64,000 nt of DNA from Planctomycetota bacterium (GTDB lineage: Bacteria > Planctomycetota > UBA1135 > UBA2386): positions 1 through 64,000 of the forward strand of contig CANMWZ010000015.1 in assembly GCA_947501605.1 (NCBI GenBank), in the 5' to 3' direction. Positions 1 to 11,093 of the stretch are shown in pieces. The notes under the pieces are model-generated. The model had not been told where the DNA came from and made no database searches. It saw only the letters and a list, made by a program, of their open reading frames with translations. Position numbers and translations under genes: made by a program. How positions within the stretch are numbered: the stretch's first letter is position 1; the number at the start of each line of letters is the position of its first letter.

Positions 1-2
1 GG

Positions 3-626
3 CTGTCGCGTGAACGCACCGACTCGCTCTACGTGCTCGACGAACACGGCGCGCTGGTCGGCTGCATCCAACTGCACGACGTGAAGAACTTCATCAACGA
101 CCCGACGCTGAGTTCGGTCGTGATCGCGGCCGACCTCACGCGCCCGGCCGTGACCGCGTCGCCCGACGACTCGTTGGCAGCCCTGCTGCCGCAGTTCGAT
201 GACCCGAACACCACCGAGATCGCGGTGACGCAGGCGAACCCGCGCAAGCTGCTCGGGTGCGTGCGGCAGCAGGACGTGATTGCTGGCTTCCGCGCGGAAG
301 TTCTGGGGCAGAACCGGCGCGCGCGGTTGCGCTCCGGCGACCGCCGCAAGAGCGACCATGTCGACCTGCCGATCGGCTGGGAGCTGGCCGAACTCAGCGT
401 GCCGGCAGAGTGGCACGGGCTCTCGATCGACAATCTGCCGGAGAACGTGTTGTCGTGGCTTGCACCACTCACCCTCGAACACCGCGGTGAAGACGGGACG
501 ATCGAGCGCCTCGCGGCGACCCAAGACCTCGTCGTGAAGCAGGGCTGGCAAATGGTGGCTTTGTGCCGAAGCCCGGAGCTGCAATCGTGGCGGGCCGCGA
601 CTGCTGCCGCCTTGGCCGACGAGTAG
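3..626 (+). CDS. CBS-domain protein, C-terminal fragment (possibly the tail of a chloride-channel/transporter); 5' end lies outside the window
   Basis: Frame is open from the window edge. CBS-like motifs LYVLDEHGALVGCIQLHDV and LLGCVRQQDVI are followed by a short TrkA-C-like tail. Confidence 0.6.
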   Translation: MSRERTDSLYVLDEHGALVGCIQLHDVKNFINDPTLSSVVIAADLTRPAVTASPDDSLAALLPQFDDPNTTEIAVTQANPRKLLGCVRQQDVIAGFRAEVLGQNRRARLRSGDRRKSDHVDLPIGWELAELSVPAEWHGLSIDNLPENVLSWLAPLTLEHRGEDGTIERLAATQDLVVKQGWQMVALCRSPELQSWRAATAAALADE

Positions 627-857
627 CGACCCTGGCCGCTGCGGGCGCAGCCCCGCGCGACGGCGAGTGGCACTCGGGGCTGAAACCTGGGACTGCCAGC
701 AGTGCGCTCCACAATGGCCGCCGAGCGCCGCCGACTCACCGCGTCCGCGGGCCACTACGAACTCGCAGCGAGAGCCGCGGCGTTCGCGCAGATCTGGCGA
801 CGCCGTCAACAGCTGCCGGGGCCGGTTGCCGCGGCGCTGCACCCTCACTTCCAGACC

Positions 858-1283
858 TCAGGCAATCAGCATCGTGGCAAGACCACCGCGAAGCGACCAG
901 GCCACCGTTCGGACCCAGTTGCTGCGCACCAGCCAGAGCCAAGTGGCGCGATCAAAGCCCAGCTCGAGTCGACGATGGCATGGCACCTGCACGAGGAACG
1001 TCGAGCCCCAGACGACGACGAGCAGGGCGAGGCCGGCAAGTGCGTAGGCTTGCTGCGCCGGGGGCGCACTCCACGCCAGCCAACTGGCCAGCACGGCCTC
1101 GACCAGCATCCAGGGCATGACGAGGAAGCCGATGCGGGCACAGTGGTCGCGTTCGTAGCCAGGAAACTCCAACGTGCCGACGCGCGCATACAGCGGGTAG
1201 TGCACGACCTGCACGATCCAGATCACGCCGCACAGCACCAGTGTCGGGACGGCGTGCCACTTCGCCAGAGTTGCGAACTCCAT
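858..1283 (-). CDS. Small integral membrane protein of unknown function
   Basis: 141 aa with about 4 hydrophobic segments and the motif GVIWIVQVVHYP; 3 bp downstream of the next minus-strand ORF. Confidence 0.75.
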   Translation of the reverse strand: MEFATLAKWHAVPTLVLCGVIWIVQVVHYPLYARVGTLEFPGYERDHCARIGFLVMPWMLVEAVLASWLAWSAPPAQQAYALAGLALLVVVWGSTFLVQVPCHRRLELGFDRATWLWLVRSNWVRTVAWSLRGGLATMLIA

Positions 1284-1286
1284 GTC

Positions 1287-1697
1287 TCAGGCTCCGCGAG
1301 CCAGCCGGTTCGGCGGGGTCAACGCAGCCGCGCGTGCCGCCAACAGGATGGCCGTGAACGGCCACCACCACACGAGGTCGTTGGTGACGATGACGAGGCC
1401 AAAGCTCCACGGCAACTCACCAGAACATGCGGCAAACACGAAACCGATCGGGCCGAACACCTTGCCGAGCAGCCCGACGAGAACGATCGGCCAGTGCACC
1501 TTGGGGGCGCTGGCCGCGATCCAGTAGCCAACACCGTAGACCCCGACAATCATGCCGATGCACTGCCAGAGCGCCGGGTAGTTGGGGACCGGCAGGGCGG
1601 CGACCTCGAACCACCACCTCGGAAACAGCACGGCGCCGAGCCCGAACGCAATGTTGTAGATCGCGGCGAGCCGCAAGATGGTCGAGTGCCGGGCCAC
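1287..1697 (-). CDS. Four-TM membrane protein (resembles the membrane domain often annotated as alkyl hydroperoxide reductase-associated)
   Basis: 136 aa, hydrophobic, motifs AAIYN, WQCIGMIVGVYGVGY, HWPIVLVGLLGKVFGPIGF and NDLVWW. Family recognition is from memory. Confidence 0.7.
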   Translation of the reverse strand: MARHSTILRLAAIYNIAFGLGAVLFPRWWFEVAALPVPNYPALWQCIGMIVGVYGVGYWIAASAPKVHWPIVLVGLLGKVFGPIGFVFAACSGELPWSFGLVIVTNDLVWWWPFTAILLAARAAALTPPNRLARGA

Positions 1698-1811
1698 GGC
1701 TCACCGTTCGCAGCCAGGAACAGCCTGGATGCGTGCCGTTGTGCTGCTGCACACCCCGCGCGCGAGTTCGCGGTGCCATCGGCCCACGGCCTCGCTACGC
1801 TCCCCGCCCCG

Positions 1812-3383
1812 ATGAGCCGCCGCACCGCAGCCGCCCTGCTGATCACACGAGGCCAAGGGCACGACCTCGAGATCCTGCTCTGCGAGCGCAGCCCTGAGTT
1901 GCGCTTCTTCGGCGGCTACTTCGCGTTGCCGGGCGGGACCCTCGCGGACGACGACAAGGCCTACGCCAGCACGGCACCCGACGACGACGACAGCGCTGCG
2001 CTGCAAGCCTGCGCGTTGCGCGAACTGTTCGAAGAGACCGGCCTGCTGCGGCATCGCCTCCGAACCAAGCACAGCTCCCAAGCAGCCCTGCGGGCATCGC
2101 GCACTGCCCTGCTTGCCAGCGAACTGCACGGCGAGGCCAAGAAGGCGGCGGCGCAAGCGCCGACGAAACCTCCGCGGTCGCCGTTCTACAATCTCGTCGA
2201 CGACGCCGAGCGACCCGCGCCAATGCGCATCCTGTGCCGCATCGAGACGCCACCGTTCGCACCAGTTCGTTACGACACCGTGTTCCTGCATGCACCGCTC
2301 GCCGAGTGCACTGCGGGCACCAACGACGGCGCGCCCGCGCCCGACATCTGGCCTGGCGAGTTGGTTGCCGGACGCTTCATGAAGCCGGCAGCGGCGCTAG
2401 CCGCGTGGCGAGGCGGCGAGCTGCTGCTGGTGCCACCGGTGGTGATCCTCTGCGAACACCTCGCCGCCCATACCGATTTCGAGGCGTTTGCACACGCAAT
2501 CAACGCGACCGCGGAGAGCTACTACCAGGGCCGCTTGCACCAAGTGCGCTTCTCGCCCGGCATCGTGCTGGCGCCGCTGAAGACCCCGACGCTGCCGCCC
2601 GCCACCACGACCAACTGCCTGATCGTCGGCACCGACGAACTCTGGGTCATCGATCCGGGCAGCCCCGACGAACACGAGCAACAACGTCTGCTTGCACTGC
2701 TCACCGAGCTCGAACGAGGCGGCGCGCGCACCGTCGGCATCCTGTCGACGCATCACCACAGAGACCACACCGGCGGCATTGCCGCGTTGTGCGAGGCAAA
2801 GCAGCTGCGCGTGCGCGGCCACCCGCTGACGCTCGACCGCCTGCCACAGGGCGCAGTGCTCGGCGAGCCGATCCACGACGGCGAGAGCCTCGCGCTCGGC
2901 AAGGCGCCGGATGGCACGAGTGGCTGGGAACTGCGTGCAGTCCACACGCCAGGCCACGACCGCGGCCACCTCTGCTTCGTCGAGAACCGCTACGGCGCGG
3001 CGATGGTCGGAGACATGTTGTCGACAGTGTCGACAATCATCGTCGATCCACCAGAAGGTCACCTCGCGACCTACCTGCGAAGCCTCGAGCGGCTGCTGCA
3101 AGAACCACTCAACATGCTCTACCCCGCGCACGGCCCGGCGCTGCGCGATGGCGGCAAGCTCGTCAAGCAGTACCTTCGCCACCGCCGTCAGCGCGAGACG
3201 GCACTCCAGAACGCACTCAACGAGAGCCCGGGCACCGTGGAGCAACTGCTGCCCAAGGTCTACTGGGACGCAGACCCGCGGCTCTACCGCTTCGCCGCGC
3301 GCTCGCTGCTTGCGGGCCTGCAAAAGCTCCAGGAAGAAGGGCGCGCGGAGTCCGATGGCGAGGTCTGGCGCGCGCGCGTGTGA
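1812..3383 (+). CDS. NUDIX hydrolase / metallo-beta-lactamase-fold (LACTB2-like) fusion protein
   Basis: Nudix-like FALPGG...ALRELFEETG; MBL motif THHHRDHTGG plus HTPGH, VGD and PAHGP; C-terminal winged-helix-like end. Start set at ATG 1812. Confidence 0.85.
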   Translation: MSRRTAAALLITRGQGHDLEILLCERSPELRFFGGYFALPGGTLADDDKAYASTAPDDDDSAALQACALRELFEETGLLRHRLRTKHSSQAALRASRTALLASELHGEAKKAAAQAPTKPPRSPFYNLVDDAERPAPMRILCRIETPPFAPVRYDTVFLHAPLAECTAGTNDGAPAPDIWPGELVAGRFMKPAAALAAWRGGELLLVPPVVILCEHLAAHTDFEAFAHAINATAESYYQGRLHQVRFSPGIVLAPLKTPTLPPATTTNCLIVGTDELWVIDPGSPDEHEQQRLLALLTELERGGARTVGILSTHHHRDHTGGIAALCEAKQLRVRGHPLTLDRLPQGAVLGEPIHDGESLALGKAPDGTSGWELRAVHTPGHDRGHLCFVENRYGAAMVGDMLSTVSTIIVDPPEGHLATYLRSLERLLQEPLNMLYPAHGPALRDGGKLVKQYLRHRRQRETALQNALNESPGTVEQLLPKVYWDADPRLYRFAARSLLAGLQKLQEEGRAESDGEVWRARV

Positions 3384-3398
3384 TCGCGCTCGTGCGCC

Positions 3399-4898
3399 TC
3401 ACAGCAGTGGCGACAGCAATCGGCAGAAGCCATCGACGAGCCGCCACACCGGGCGAGTCTGAGCCGGTGAGGTCACGAGTCGACTGCCTCCCGCGCGCTC
3501 GTCGAGAGTCGCCAGCACATCGCGCGCAAAATCCGGCGAGTCGGGCAACACGGCCGCGAGCTCAAAGTTGAGGTGCGCGCTCCGCATGTCCATGTTGGCA
3601 CTACCGACCATGACCACGCGCCGATCCACGACCAGCAGCTTGGCGTGGTTGTAGTTCGACTCGGTCTCGAACACCTCGATCCCGGCCTTCAACCACTCGT
3701 CGTAGTAGCTTCGCTGCGCGTGGTAGAGCACGACCGCCTCACTGCGCTGGCCATTGGTGAAGATGCGAACGCGCACGCCGCGCGCAGCAGCGACCTTGAG
3801 CGCCAAGAGCAAGGACGGCGGCGGCAGCAGATACGGCGAACTGAGGTCGATGCGATCCCGGCTGTCGGTGATGGCCTGAAACATCGCCAACCACAACGGC
3901 TGGAAGTCGCGGTCCGGACCGCTGCCGACGATGCCGATGATGTCATGCCCGATCGGTAACGACGGCGGGAACCAGCGCGCATCGGTGAGTTCCTCGTCCG
4001 TTGCATGGAACCAGTCTTCGGCGAACACCTCGTGCAACGCCGAGACCGCAGGCCCTTCGATGGCCACCATGGCGTCGAGCCAGTGCTGCCGATTGCCGAA
4101 GCGATCCTTGGAGTACTCGTCCCCGACGTTGCGGCCACCGGTGAACGCGAGGCGGCCGTCGATGACGAGCAGTTTGCGATGGTTGCGCAGGTTGACCGTG
4201 AACGGCCGCCGCTTCCACAGCATCGGCAGGAAGGCATCCGCCTTGCCACCGGCCGCCCGCAAGGCCTCGAGGTGGTGGCTCTTGAGCCCCCAGCTACCGA
4301 ACGAATCGTAGAGCAATCGTACCTCGACGCCGCGTCGAGCTGCCTCGGTCAGGAGCCGCAGCAGGTGCAGACCGGTATCGTCAGGCCGGAAGATGTAGAC
4401 CTGGAAGTGCACGAACCGCTGGGCACTTTGGATCGCCAGACTGGCGGCGGCGAAGAAGTCGTTGCCCGACGGCAGCCAGCGCGCGCGGTTGCCGGCCGAC
4501 AGCCCTTCACCCGCGACCCCTTGCAGCAACCGGCACATCGAGCGATCGGCCGCTTCCCCCATGGGGCTCGCGCTCGCTGCGAGTGTCGACGGCTCGGCGC
4601 CGCGGATGCGCAGTTCGCCACGCCAGCGCTCTTGACTGGATCGGATTCTGCGCAGACGGCGCAGCTGCAGTTGGCGCGGGAACAGATAGTAGAGCGCGAG
4701 TCCCAATCCTGATGGCAGCAGCAGGATCAGCACGACCCACAACAGCGTGCTCGCCGGGGCACCGCCATTTGCGATGATGCGCCAGACGAACACCACCGCC
4801 AACAGTTCGCCCACCGCCCACATGGCGATTGCGATCCAGTGCCACGGCGAACCCGAAGCCTCTTGTAGCAGCAGCGCGAGCATCAACCGAGACAGCAT
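3399..4898 (-). CDS. cls: Cardiolipin synthase (phospholipase D family)
   Basis: Two HKD motifs (NHRKLLVID, NHAKLLVVD), GGRNVGDEY, GSANMDMRS and N-terminal TM helices. Start is 4898 or 4883. Confidence 0.9.
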   Translation of the reverse strand: MLSRLMLALLLQEASGSPWHWIAIAMWAVGELLAVVFVWRIIANGGAPASTLLWVVLILLLPSGLGLALYYLFPRQLQLRRLRRIRSSQERWRGELRIRGAEPSTLAASASPMGEAADRSMCRLLQGVAGEGLSAGNRARWLPSGNDFFAAASLAIQSAQRFVHFQVYIFRPDDTGLHLLRLLTEAARRGVEVRLLYDSFGSWGLKSHHLEALRAAGGKADAFLPMLWKRRPFTVNLRNHRKLLVIDGRLAFTGGRNVGDEYSKDRFGNRQHWLDAMVAIEGPAVSALHEVFAEDWFHATDEELTDARWFPPSLPIGHDIIGIVGSGPDRDFQPLWLAMFQAITDSRDRIDLSSPYLLPPPSLLLALKVAAARGVRVRIFTNGQRSEAVVLYHAQRSYYDEWLKAGIEVFETESNYNHAKLLVVDRRVVMVGSANMDMRSAHLNFELAAVLPDSPDFARDVLATLDERAGGSRLVTSPAQTRPVWRLVDGFCRLLSPLL

Positions 4899-4990
4899 GC
4901 CAGCAGTGGCCGGGCAGAGGCCAGATGTGGCCGCGCAATGTGATGGCAAGCAGAGTTGTAGCGGAGCGAGACCGGCGGATACTGGCAGCG

Positions 4991-5338
4991 ATGCCGAAGG
5001 GCCAAAATGCCGCGAACCGCGACCGTCGCCAAGCGCCACCGCGAACGGACGAAGACCGCACGTTCGTGGTGCGCTTCGTGCGCAACGGCTTCGGCGTGCT
5101 GATGCTGCTCGCCGGCATCGCCGGTCTCGTGCTGCCGATCCTCCAGGGCTGGCTGATGATCCTGATCGGACTCAGTCTGATCGACTTGCCGATCAAGCAC
5201 CGTGCCCACGTCTACCTGTTGCGCTTGCGGTGGTACCGTTGGATCGCGCGCAAGCACGACGCCGCCTGGGTCCAGTGGCACGACTACCGCAAGAGGCGGC
5301 GGGCTCGCGAACGCGCAGCTACTTCGCGCCAGCGCTGA
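4991..5338 (+). CDS. Small membrane protein (PGPGW-like transmembrane family)
   Basis: Hydrophobic hairpin GVLMLLAGIAGLVLPILQGWLMILIGLSLI followed by a basic tail. Confidence 0.65.
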   Translation: MPKGQNAANRDRRQAPPRTDEDRTFVVRFVRNGFGVLMLLAGIAGLVLPILQGWLMILIGLSLIDLPIKHRAHVYLLRLRWYRWIARKHDAAWVQWHDYRKRRRARERAATSRQR

Positions 5339-6128
5339 CGTGCACGGCACCGTTGTGCGTCAAGACCTGCAGTGCGCCACCCGCTTCGCCAGCAACGAAC
5401 CGCACGCGATCGTCCGAAGACTGCACCACGGTGCCACCGGCGGCTTCGATGCTGCCGTTGTGGGTCGAGGCCTCGACAACCGCAGCGCGCGCGCCGAGGC
5501 GGACATCGACACCACCATTGTGCGTCACCACCGAACCACCGACCGGCCCATCGCCCGTCATCGTGACGTCGATCCCGCCGTTGTGCGTTTCCAGCGTCAA
5601 CTTCGAGGCGGACGTGCGCAGGAGGATGCCGCCGTTGTGCGTGCCGAGTTCGAGATTGCCGGCCACATCGAATGCCTCGATGTCCCCGTTGTGACTCTCG
5701 AGTCGCAGCACCACATCGGGCGGTAGATCGATCGAGTAGGAGAACGAGGACTGGTCGCGCCAGTCGTACGATTCGGGCTCGATGCCGCGAATGACCAATT
5801 CGTTGCCCTCTCGCTGGATCTCGACATCGAGGGCCGCAACGTTGGCTAGCGCTTCCTCCTCGCTGTCGCCGTAGGCCGTCAGGTGCGCCACTACTTCGAC
5901 CATCTGCTGGCCCTGCTTGCCGCGAACCCGGATCGGACCGTTGTGCGTGGCGCACCGGAGCGTGAGCACGCCTTCGGCAGGGTGGCTGCGATGCAAGTCG
6001 CGGGAGGCCTCGAACTGCGTGAAGCTGCACGAGACCAACAGACTCAAGGCAAAGCACGGGAGCACCGCAAACGAACCAAGACGAGGGCGGCGCGCGGCGG
6101 AACGAGGGGCGGAGCAATGCATGTTCAT
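5319..6128 (-). CDS. DUF4097-like beta-strand repeat (adhesin-like) lipoprotein
   Basis: Lipobox-like LLVSC and repeated (T/S)HNG(G/D/S/A/P)(I/V) motifs. Confidence 0.8.
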   Translation of the reverse strand: MNMHCSAPRSAARRPRLGSFAVLPCFALSLLVSCSFTQFEASRDLHRSHPAEGVLTLRCATHNGPIRVRGKQGQQMVEVVAHLTAYGDSEEEALANVAALDVEIQREGNELVIRGIEPESYDWRDQSSFSYSIDLPPDVVLRLESHNGDIEAFDVAGNLELGTHNGGILLRTSASKLTLETHNGGIDVTMTGDGPVGGSVVTHNGGVDVRLGARAAVVEASTHNGSIEAAGGTVVQSSDDRVRFVAGEAGGALQVLTHNGAVHVSAGAK

Positions 6129-6210
6129 GGCAATCCGAGGCTACGGCCCGGGAGCCGGAGATTGCAGGTTTGTGCCGTCGAAGGACTGCGGCAGCTGCAC
6201 GGCGATCGGA

Positions 6211-6765
6211 TCAGGGCTGGGTTCGCAGGGACAAGTACACCGCGGCGAGGGGCAGTAGCCGCCGCTCCATCGGGCCGCCGCGGGGCTCGATCTCGATCAC
6301 CAGTACGGCGTACTCGCCGAGGACCGGCTCCCGGCCAAGCGGACAATCGACGTAGAACACGGCCCGCTGCTGCGCCTCGAGCTCGATCGATTGCGCGGGC
6401 AAGAACGGCTCGTAGCTGGACCTGCCCTCTAGCGCGCTGCCATCGATGCGCTGATGACGGACTTCCCCGAGCGCGGCGGTGCGGTCACCGCCACTCTGGG
6501 GGCTGAGCTTCACCCGGAGGACTGAGCGGCCTGGATTCTCGACGATCAGCAGAACGCGGGCGTCACGCCCACGCAGATCGACCGTCGCAACGGCACCGGC
6601 AAAGGAGGCAACGGCAGTGGCGCCAGAGGCCGTCCAGCCATCCGCATCTTCGAGGCGGTAGCGGAGTCCCGAACTCGCCCGGATCGAGCCGACTTGCGGC
6701 GGCATGCACGCAGCCAACGCGAGGGCCACAACAGAACCGAGGAAGAGCATGGTTCGAAGCGGCAT
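6211..6765 (-). CDS. Hypothetical lipoprotein
   Basis: Signal peptide with LALAAC lipobox. Start is 6765 or 6750. Confidence 0.6.
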   Translation of the reverse strand: MPLRTMLFLGSVVALALAACMPPQVGSIRASSGLRYRLEDADGWTASGATAVASFAGAVATVDLRGRDARVLLIVENPGRSVLRVKLSPQSGGDRTAALGEVRHQRIDGSALEGRSSYEPFLPAQSIELEAQQRAVFYVDCPLGREPVLGEYAVLVIEIEPRGGPMERRLLPLAAVYLSLRTQP

Positions 6766-6930
6766 CGCAGATCTCGGGTAGGCGCCCTCGCGCAGCCCAA
6801 TTCGCCTAGTTCCGCTCAACTGGCTCGCCTCGAGTGGCCAGCTTGCTCGCGACCCGCGATGGCGAGGAGCGCGCTGCTGAGCGGAACAGGCGGTGGCAGG
6901 GCACGCGCCAGGGCTGGATGCGGACCGAGC

Positions 6931-6946
6931 CTCCTGTGCGCAGGAG
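6931..6946 (-). terminator. Hairpin just downstream of the tRNA (possible terminator or processing stem)
   Basis: ctcctg-tgcg-caggag inverted repeat 7 nt after the tRNA CCA end; no clear U-tract follows. Confidence 0.35.
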
Positions 6947-6953
6947 ACCGAAA

Positions 6954-7028
6954 TGGAGCCGGTGGTCGGATTTGAACCGACGACCTACGCTTTACGAAAG
7001 CGTTGCTCTACCACTGAGCTACACCGGC
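6954..7028 (-). tRNA. tRNA-Thr (anticodon CGT)
   Basis: Reverse complement GCCGGTG TA GCTCAGTGGTAGAGC A ACGCT-TTCGTAA-AGCGT AGGTC GTCGG-TTCAAAT-CCGAC CACCGGC T CCA forms a full cloverleaf, 75 nt, with encoded CCA. Confidence 0.97.
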
Positions 7029-7218
7029 AGGTTTGGGCGCGGCACGTTAGCGACCGCGGAGGCCGCGTTCCAGCACGAACATCGAGTCTGGGGCTAGCCC
7101 GCCTGTACGCGACCGCGGGCCGCAAGGGCCCAGCGGTCTGCAGGAAGCGTGGCGTCCGCCCCAGTTTGCAAGCAACTGCCTACAGACCACCGCCTGCAGG
7201 CAATCACTCGAACGACGA

Positions 7219-9342
7219 TCAGTTCGCGGGGCTGCCGATCTTCTTCAGCGCGCTCATGAGCAGAGCGCGGCGCGCGTCATCGACCTTGGCCTTGCCGATC
7301 GCCGCCGCAACCGCGATCCGGATCTGGATTGGAGCATCGCTGCTGAGGACTTCGCCGAGGCCACTGCCGACCTCGTCGCTGCACACCGCGGCGCGGCCGA
7401 GGATCTGGCCGATCGAATCGGCACTGGCGACCTTCAGCTCGACACTGCCACCGCCCTTCAGGGCTTCGAGCAGGGCCGGGAGCTGCGCTTCGGCACCGCT
7501 GATCCCGAGCGACTTGGCTGCCGGGACCGCGACCGCATCGGCGCGATCGAGTTGCTTCTCGAGGCTACCGAGGGCGAGCTGGATCGGGGCCTTGCCTTCG
7601 GCCAGGGACAGCAGCGAGGAGCTGGCTTGTGCGGCGTAGCCCTCGGCACGAGCACTCTGCGGTTCGATGCCGACGCCATCGAGCGCCGTGTTGACCGCGG
7701 CGACCAGCGACTCGCTGGTCAACGGGCCGGCGACTACCGTGACCAGACCGGCGAAGGGTTCGAAGCGCGCCGTAGCGGACTCAACGTCCTTGGCGACGAC
7801 CACGACCTTCGTGTTGGCCATCCGCGGATCCTTCTTGATGTTGTTGATCACGTCCTCGGGCAGACCGTCGGCCAGGATCTCCTGCATCACGACGACATCT
7901 GTACCCGGGTTGATCAACAGGCTCTGCAGACCCTTGATCGCGGTCGCGTCACAGGTCGCGGCGAGGCCGCGCTGGTTCGACGCTTCGCGCGTCGCTTGGG
8001 CGAGCCCTTCGGCGTTGCCAATGACCTGGACCACGCGAACAGCCTCTTCCGTAACGGCCTGAGCCAGCGCATCGACGACCTTGTCGACCGCCGGGACGCC
8101 GACACCGTTGCTGGCCTTGACCAGTGCTGCCGCCGCCGCGAAGCGGACGCGCTTGTCGGTGCTGTCGAGGGCCTTGATCAGCGAGCTCGAGCCGAGTTGA
8201 GCGCGCTCTTCCACATGCGCGAGTGCCTCGATCGCGCCGACCGAGACGTTGGGCTGGCCGCTCTTCAGACCGGCCTCGAGGGCCGACCTCAGGATTTCTG
8301 GACCAGTCGCCAGGGCCGCCATCTTGAACTCGGGGACCAGACCTTCGAGCGACTTGGCGCTCTCATCGCCTTGGGCGACCGACGTCTCGATCAGGTTGGC
8401 TTCGGCCAGATTCGCCTGCGCCAACAAGCTCCGCGCTTCCTTGCTGGCCGGGTCGGCCTTGACGCCGTCCAGAGCCGAGGCCTTGGCGAGTTCGACGGCA
8501 TAGACCAGGGCCGGAACGTCGCGAGCAACGAGCTTGTCGTCAACCAACGTCCAGACCACGTCACTGAAGGCGCCGACGCTGATGCCGGCGGTCAGGTAGC
8601 CCATCGAGGCCTTCGCGTAGAGACTGACGGCGGTGCCGCTGCTCTTGTGCTTTTGCAAGAAGGAGCGCGCGACCGTGCGCACACTCTCCTGGTCGTCGGA
8701 CTGCGCCAGCATCGCCATCGACGCAGCGGCGCGGTCGTCACCGATGTGCAGCAGTGCGGCGGCCGCGTTGAGGCGCGCCGTGCTGTTGCTGCTCTTGCAC
8801 AGTTCGATCAGCGGCAGCACGGCGCTGCGGCCGAGCTGGACCAGTGCGGCGATGCCGTTGACTTGGCCATCGGCGTCATCCGGATTGCCCAGGCGCTCGC
8901 CGATCGCAGGCACCGCGAACTCACCATGGTTGGCCACCAGCTTCATCGTCGCATTGCGGCGATCTTCGTAGCCAGTGTCGGCCGCGCAGGCGATCTGAAC
9001 CTGCTCCGCAATCGCGGCCTCGTCGCGCGAGCGTTGCACGCGCTCGAGTTTGGCGCGTTCCAGGATCGACTGCGCGATCTTCTGGATCTCGTCCTGCTGG
9101 CTCAGCAGCAAGAACCACTCGTCTTGAGTGATCGACTGGTAGTAGCCGAGCGCTTGCTCGTTGGAGGGGTCTTCCTTCAAGACCTCTCGGAATGCCTCGA
9201 GCGCCTTCGCGCGATCCTCGACAGTGCCGAGGCGGAGCAGCTTGACGCCTTCCTGGAACTTTGAGTCCTGGGCGGCAAGGCCACCCGCGACCACGAGTGC
9301 TACAACCGATGCCAGAAGAGAGTTGGACAACGAGCTGGCCAT
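7219..9342 (-). CDS. Exported HEAT-repeat protein with an internal receiver-like domain
   Basis: AAGGAG RBS, signal peptide (…GGLAAQ), multiple HEAT-like repeats (RLNAAAALLHIGD, RVRFAAAAALVK, IRIAVAAAIGK). Confidence 0.75.
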   Translation of the reverse strand: MASSLSNSLLASVVALVVAGGLAAQDSKFQEGVKLLRLGTVEDRAKALEAFREVLKEDPSNEQALGYYQSITQDEWFLLLSQQDEIQKIAQSILERAKLERVQRSRDEAAIAEQVQIACAADTGYEDRRNATMKLVANHGEFAVPAIGERLGNPDDADGQVNGIAALVQLGRSAVLPLIELCKSSNSTARLNAAAALLHIGDDRAAASMAMLAQSDDQESVRTVARSFLQKHKSSGTAVSLYAKASMGYLTAGISVGAFSDVVWTLVDDKLVARDVPALVYAVELAKASALDGVKADPASKEARSLLAQANLAEANLIETSVAQGDESAKSLEGLVPEFKMAALATGPEILRSALEAGLKSGQPNVSVGAIEALAHVEERAQLGSSSLIKALDSTDKRVRFAAAAALVKASNGVGVPAVDKVVDALAQAVTEEAVRVVQVIGNAEGLAQATREASNQRGLAATCDATAIKGLQSLLINPGTDVVVMQEILADGLPEDVINNIKKDPRMANTKVVVVAKDVESATARFEPFAGLVTVVAGPLTSESLVAAVNTALDGVGIEPQSARAEGYAAQASSSLLSLAEGKAPIQLALGSLEKQLDRADAVAVPAAKSLGISGAEAQLPALLEALKGGGSVELKVASADSIGQILGRAAVCSDEVGSGLGEVLSSDAPIQIRIAVAAAIGKAKVDDARRALLMSALKKIGSPAN

Positions 9343-9725
9343 GAACTGTGGCTCCTTGCGATGCACGAAGGCTTGAGGGGTCTCGGACTGGGAGGAGTAA
9401 GGCTAAGTAGTCACGCGCGGCCTGGAGGGCATACCAGGACGAGCCCGCGTCGGAACTGCTTGCCGCCCCTTGGGCTTCAGAGGGGTGAGGGCATGCTAAG
9501 TTCGGCTCCGCAGCCGTCAAGGGCACGCCGCCCCAGCATTGGGCGACTTAGGAGCATACACCGCGGCAGAAGTGCTGTCGGATTCGGCCGTCGGCCGACG
9601 CCCCGACGGTGTGGCCTGCCGATGGCACCGTTCCCTTGCGCGCCGGATTCTGCCGACCGCTTCGAAGTCATCGCCCGGGAGCCGCTTGCTGGGATCGCTG
9701 GGCCGCGGCCCATAGATTTCTCGCC

Positions 9726-11085
<1,360 letters not shown>

Positions 11086-11093
<8 letters not shown>

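Noticed and set aside
702..1811. N-terminal 370 aa of the 893-aa ORF
   Set aside because: It is the antisense shadow of two real minus-strand membrane genes; the NUDIX-MBL protein starts at 1812.
6954..7028. tRNA-Thr as an integration site for a genomic island
   Set aside because: No integrase and no duplicated tRNA 3' end was seen in the window.
9622..9639. TGGCAC…TTGC upstream of the NtrC-type gene as a sigma-54 promoter
   Set aside because: The spacer is 7 nt instead of the required 5.
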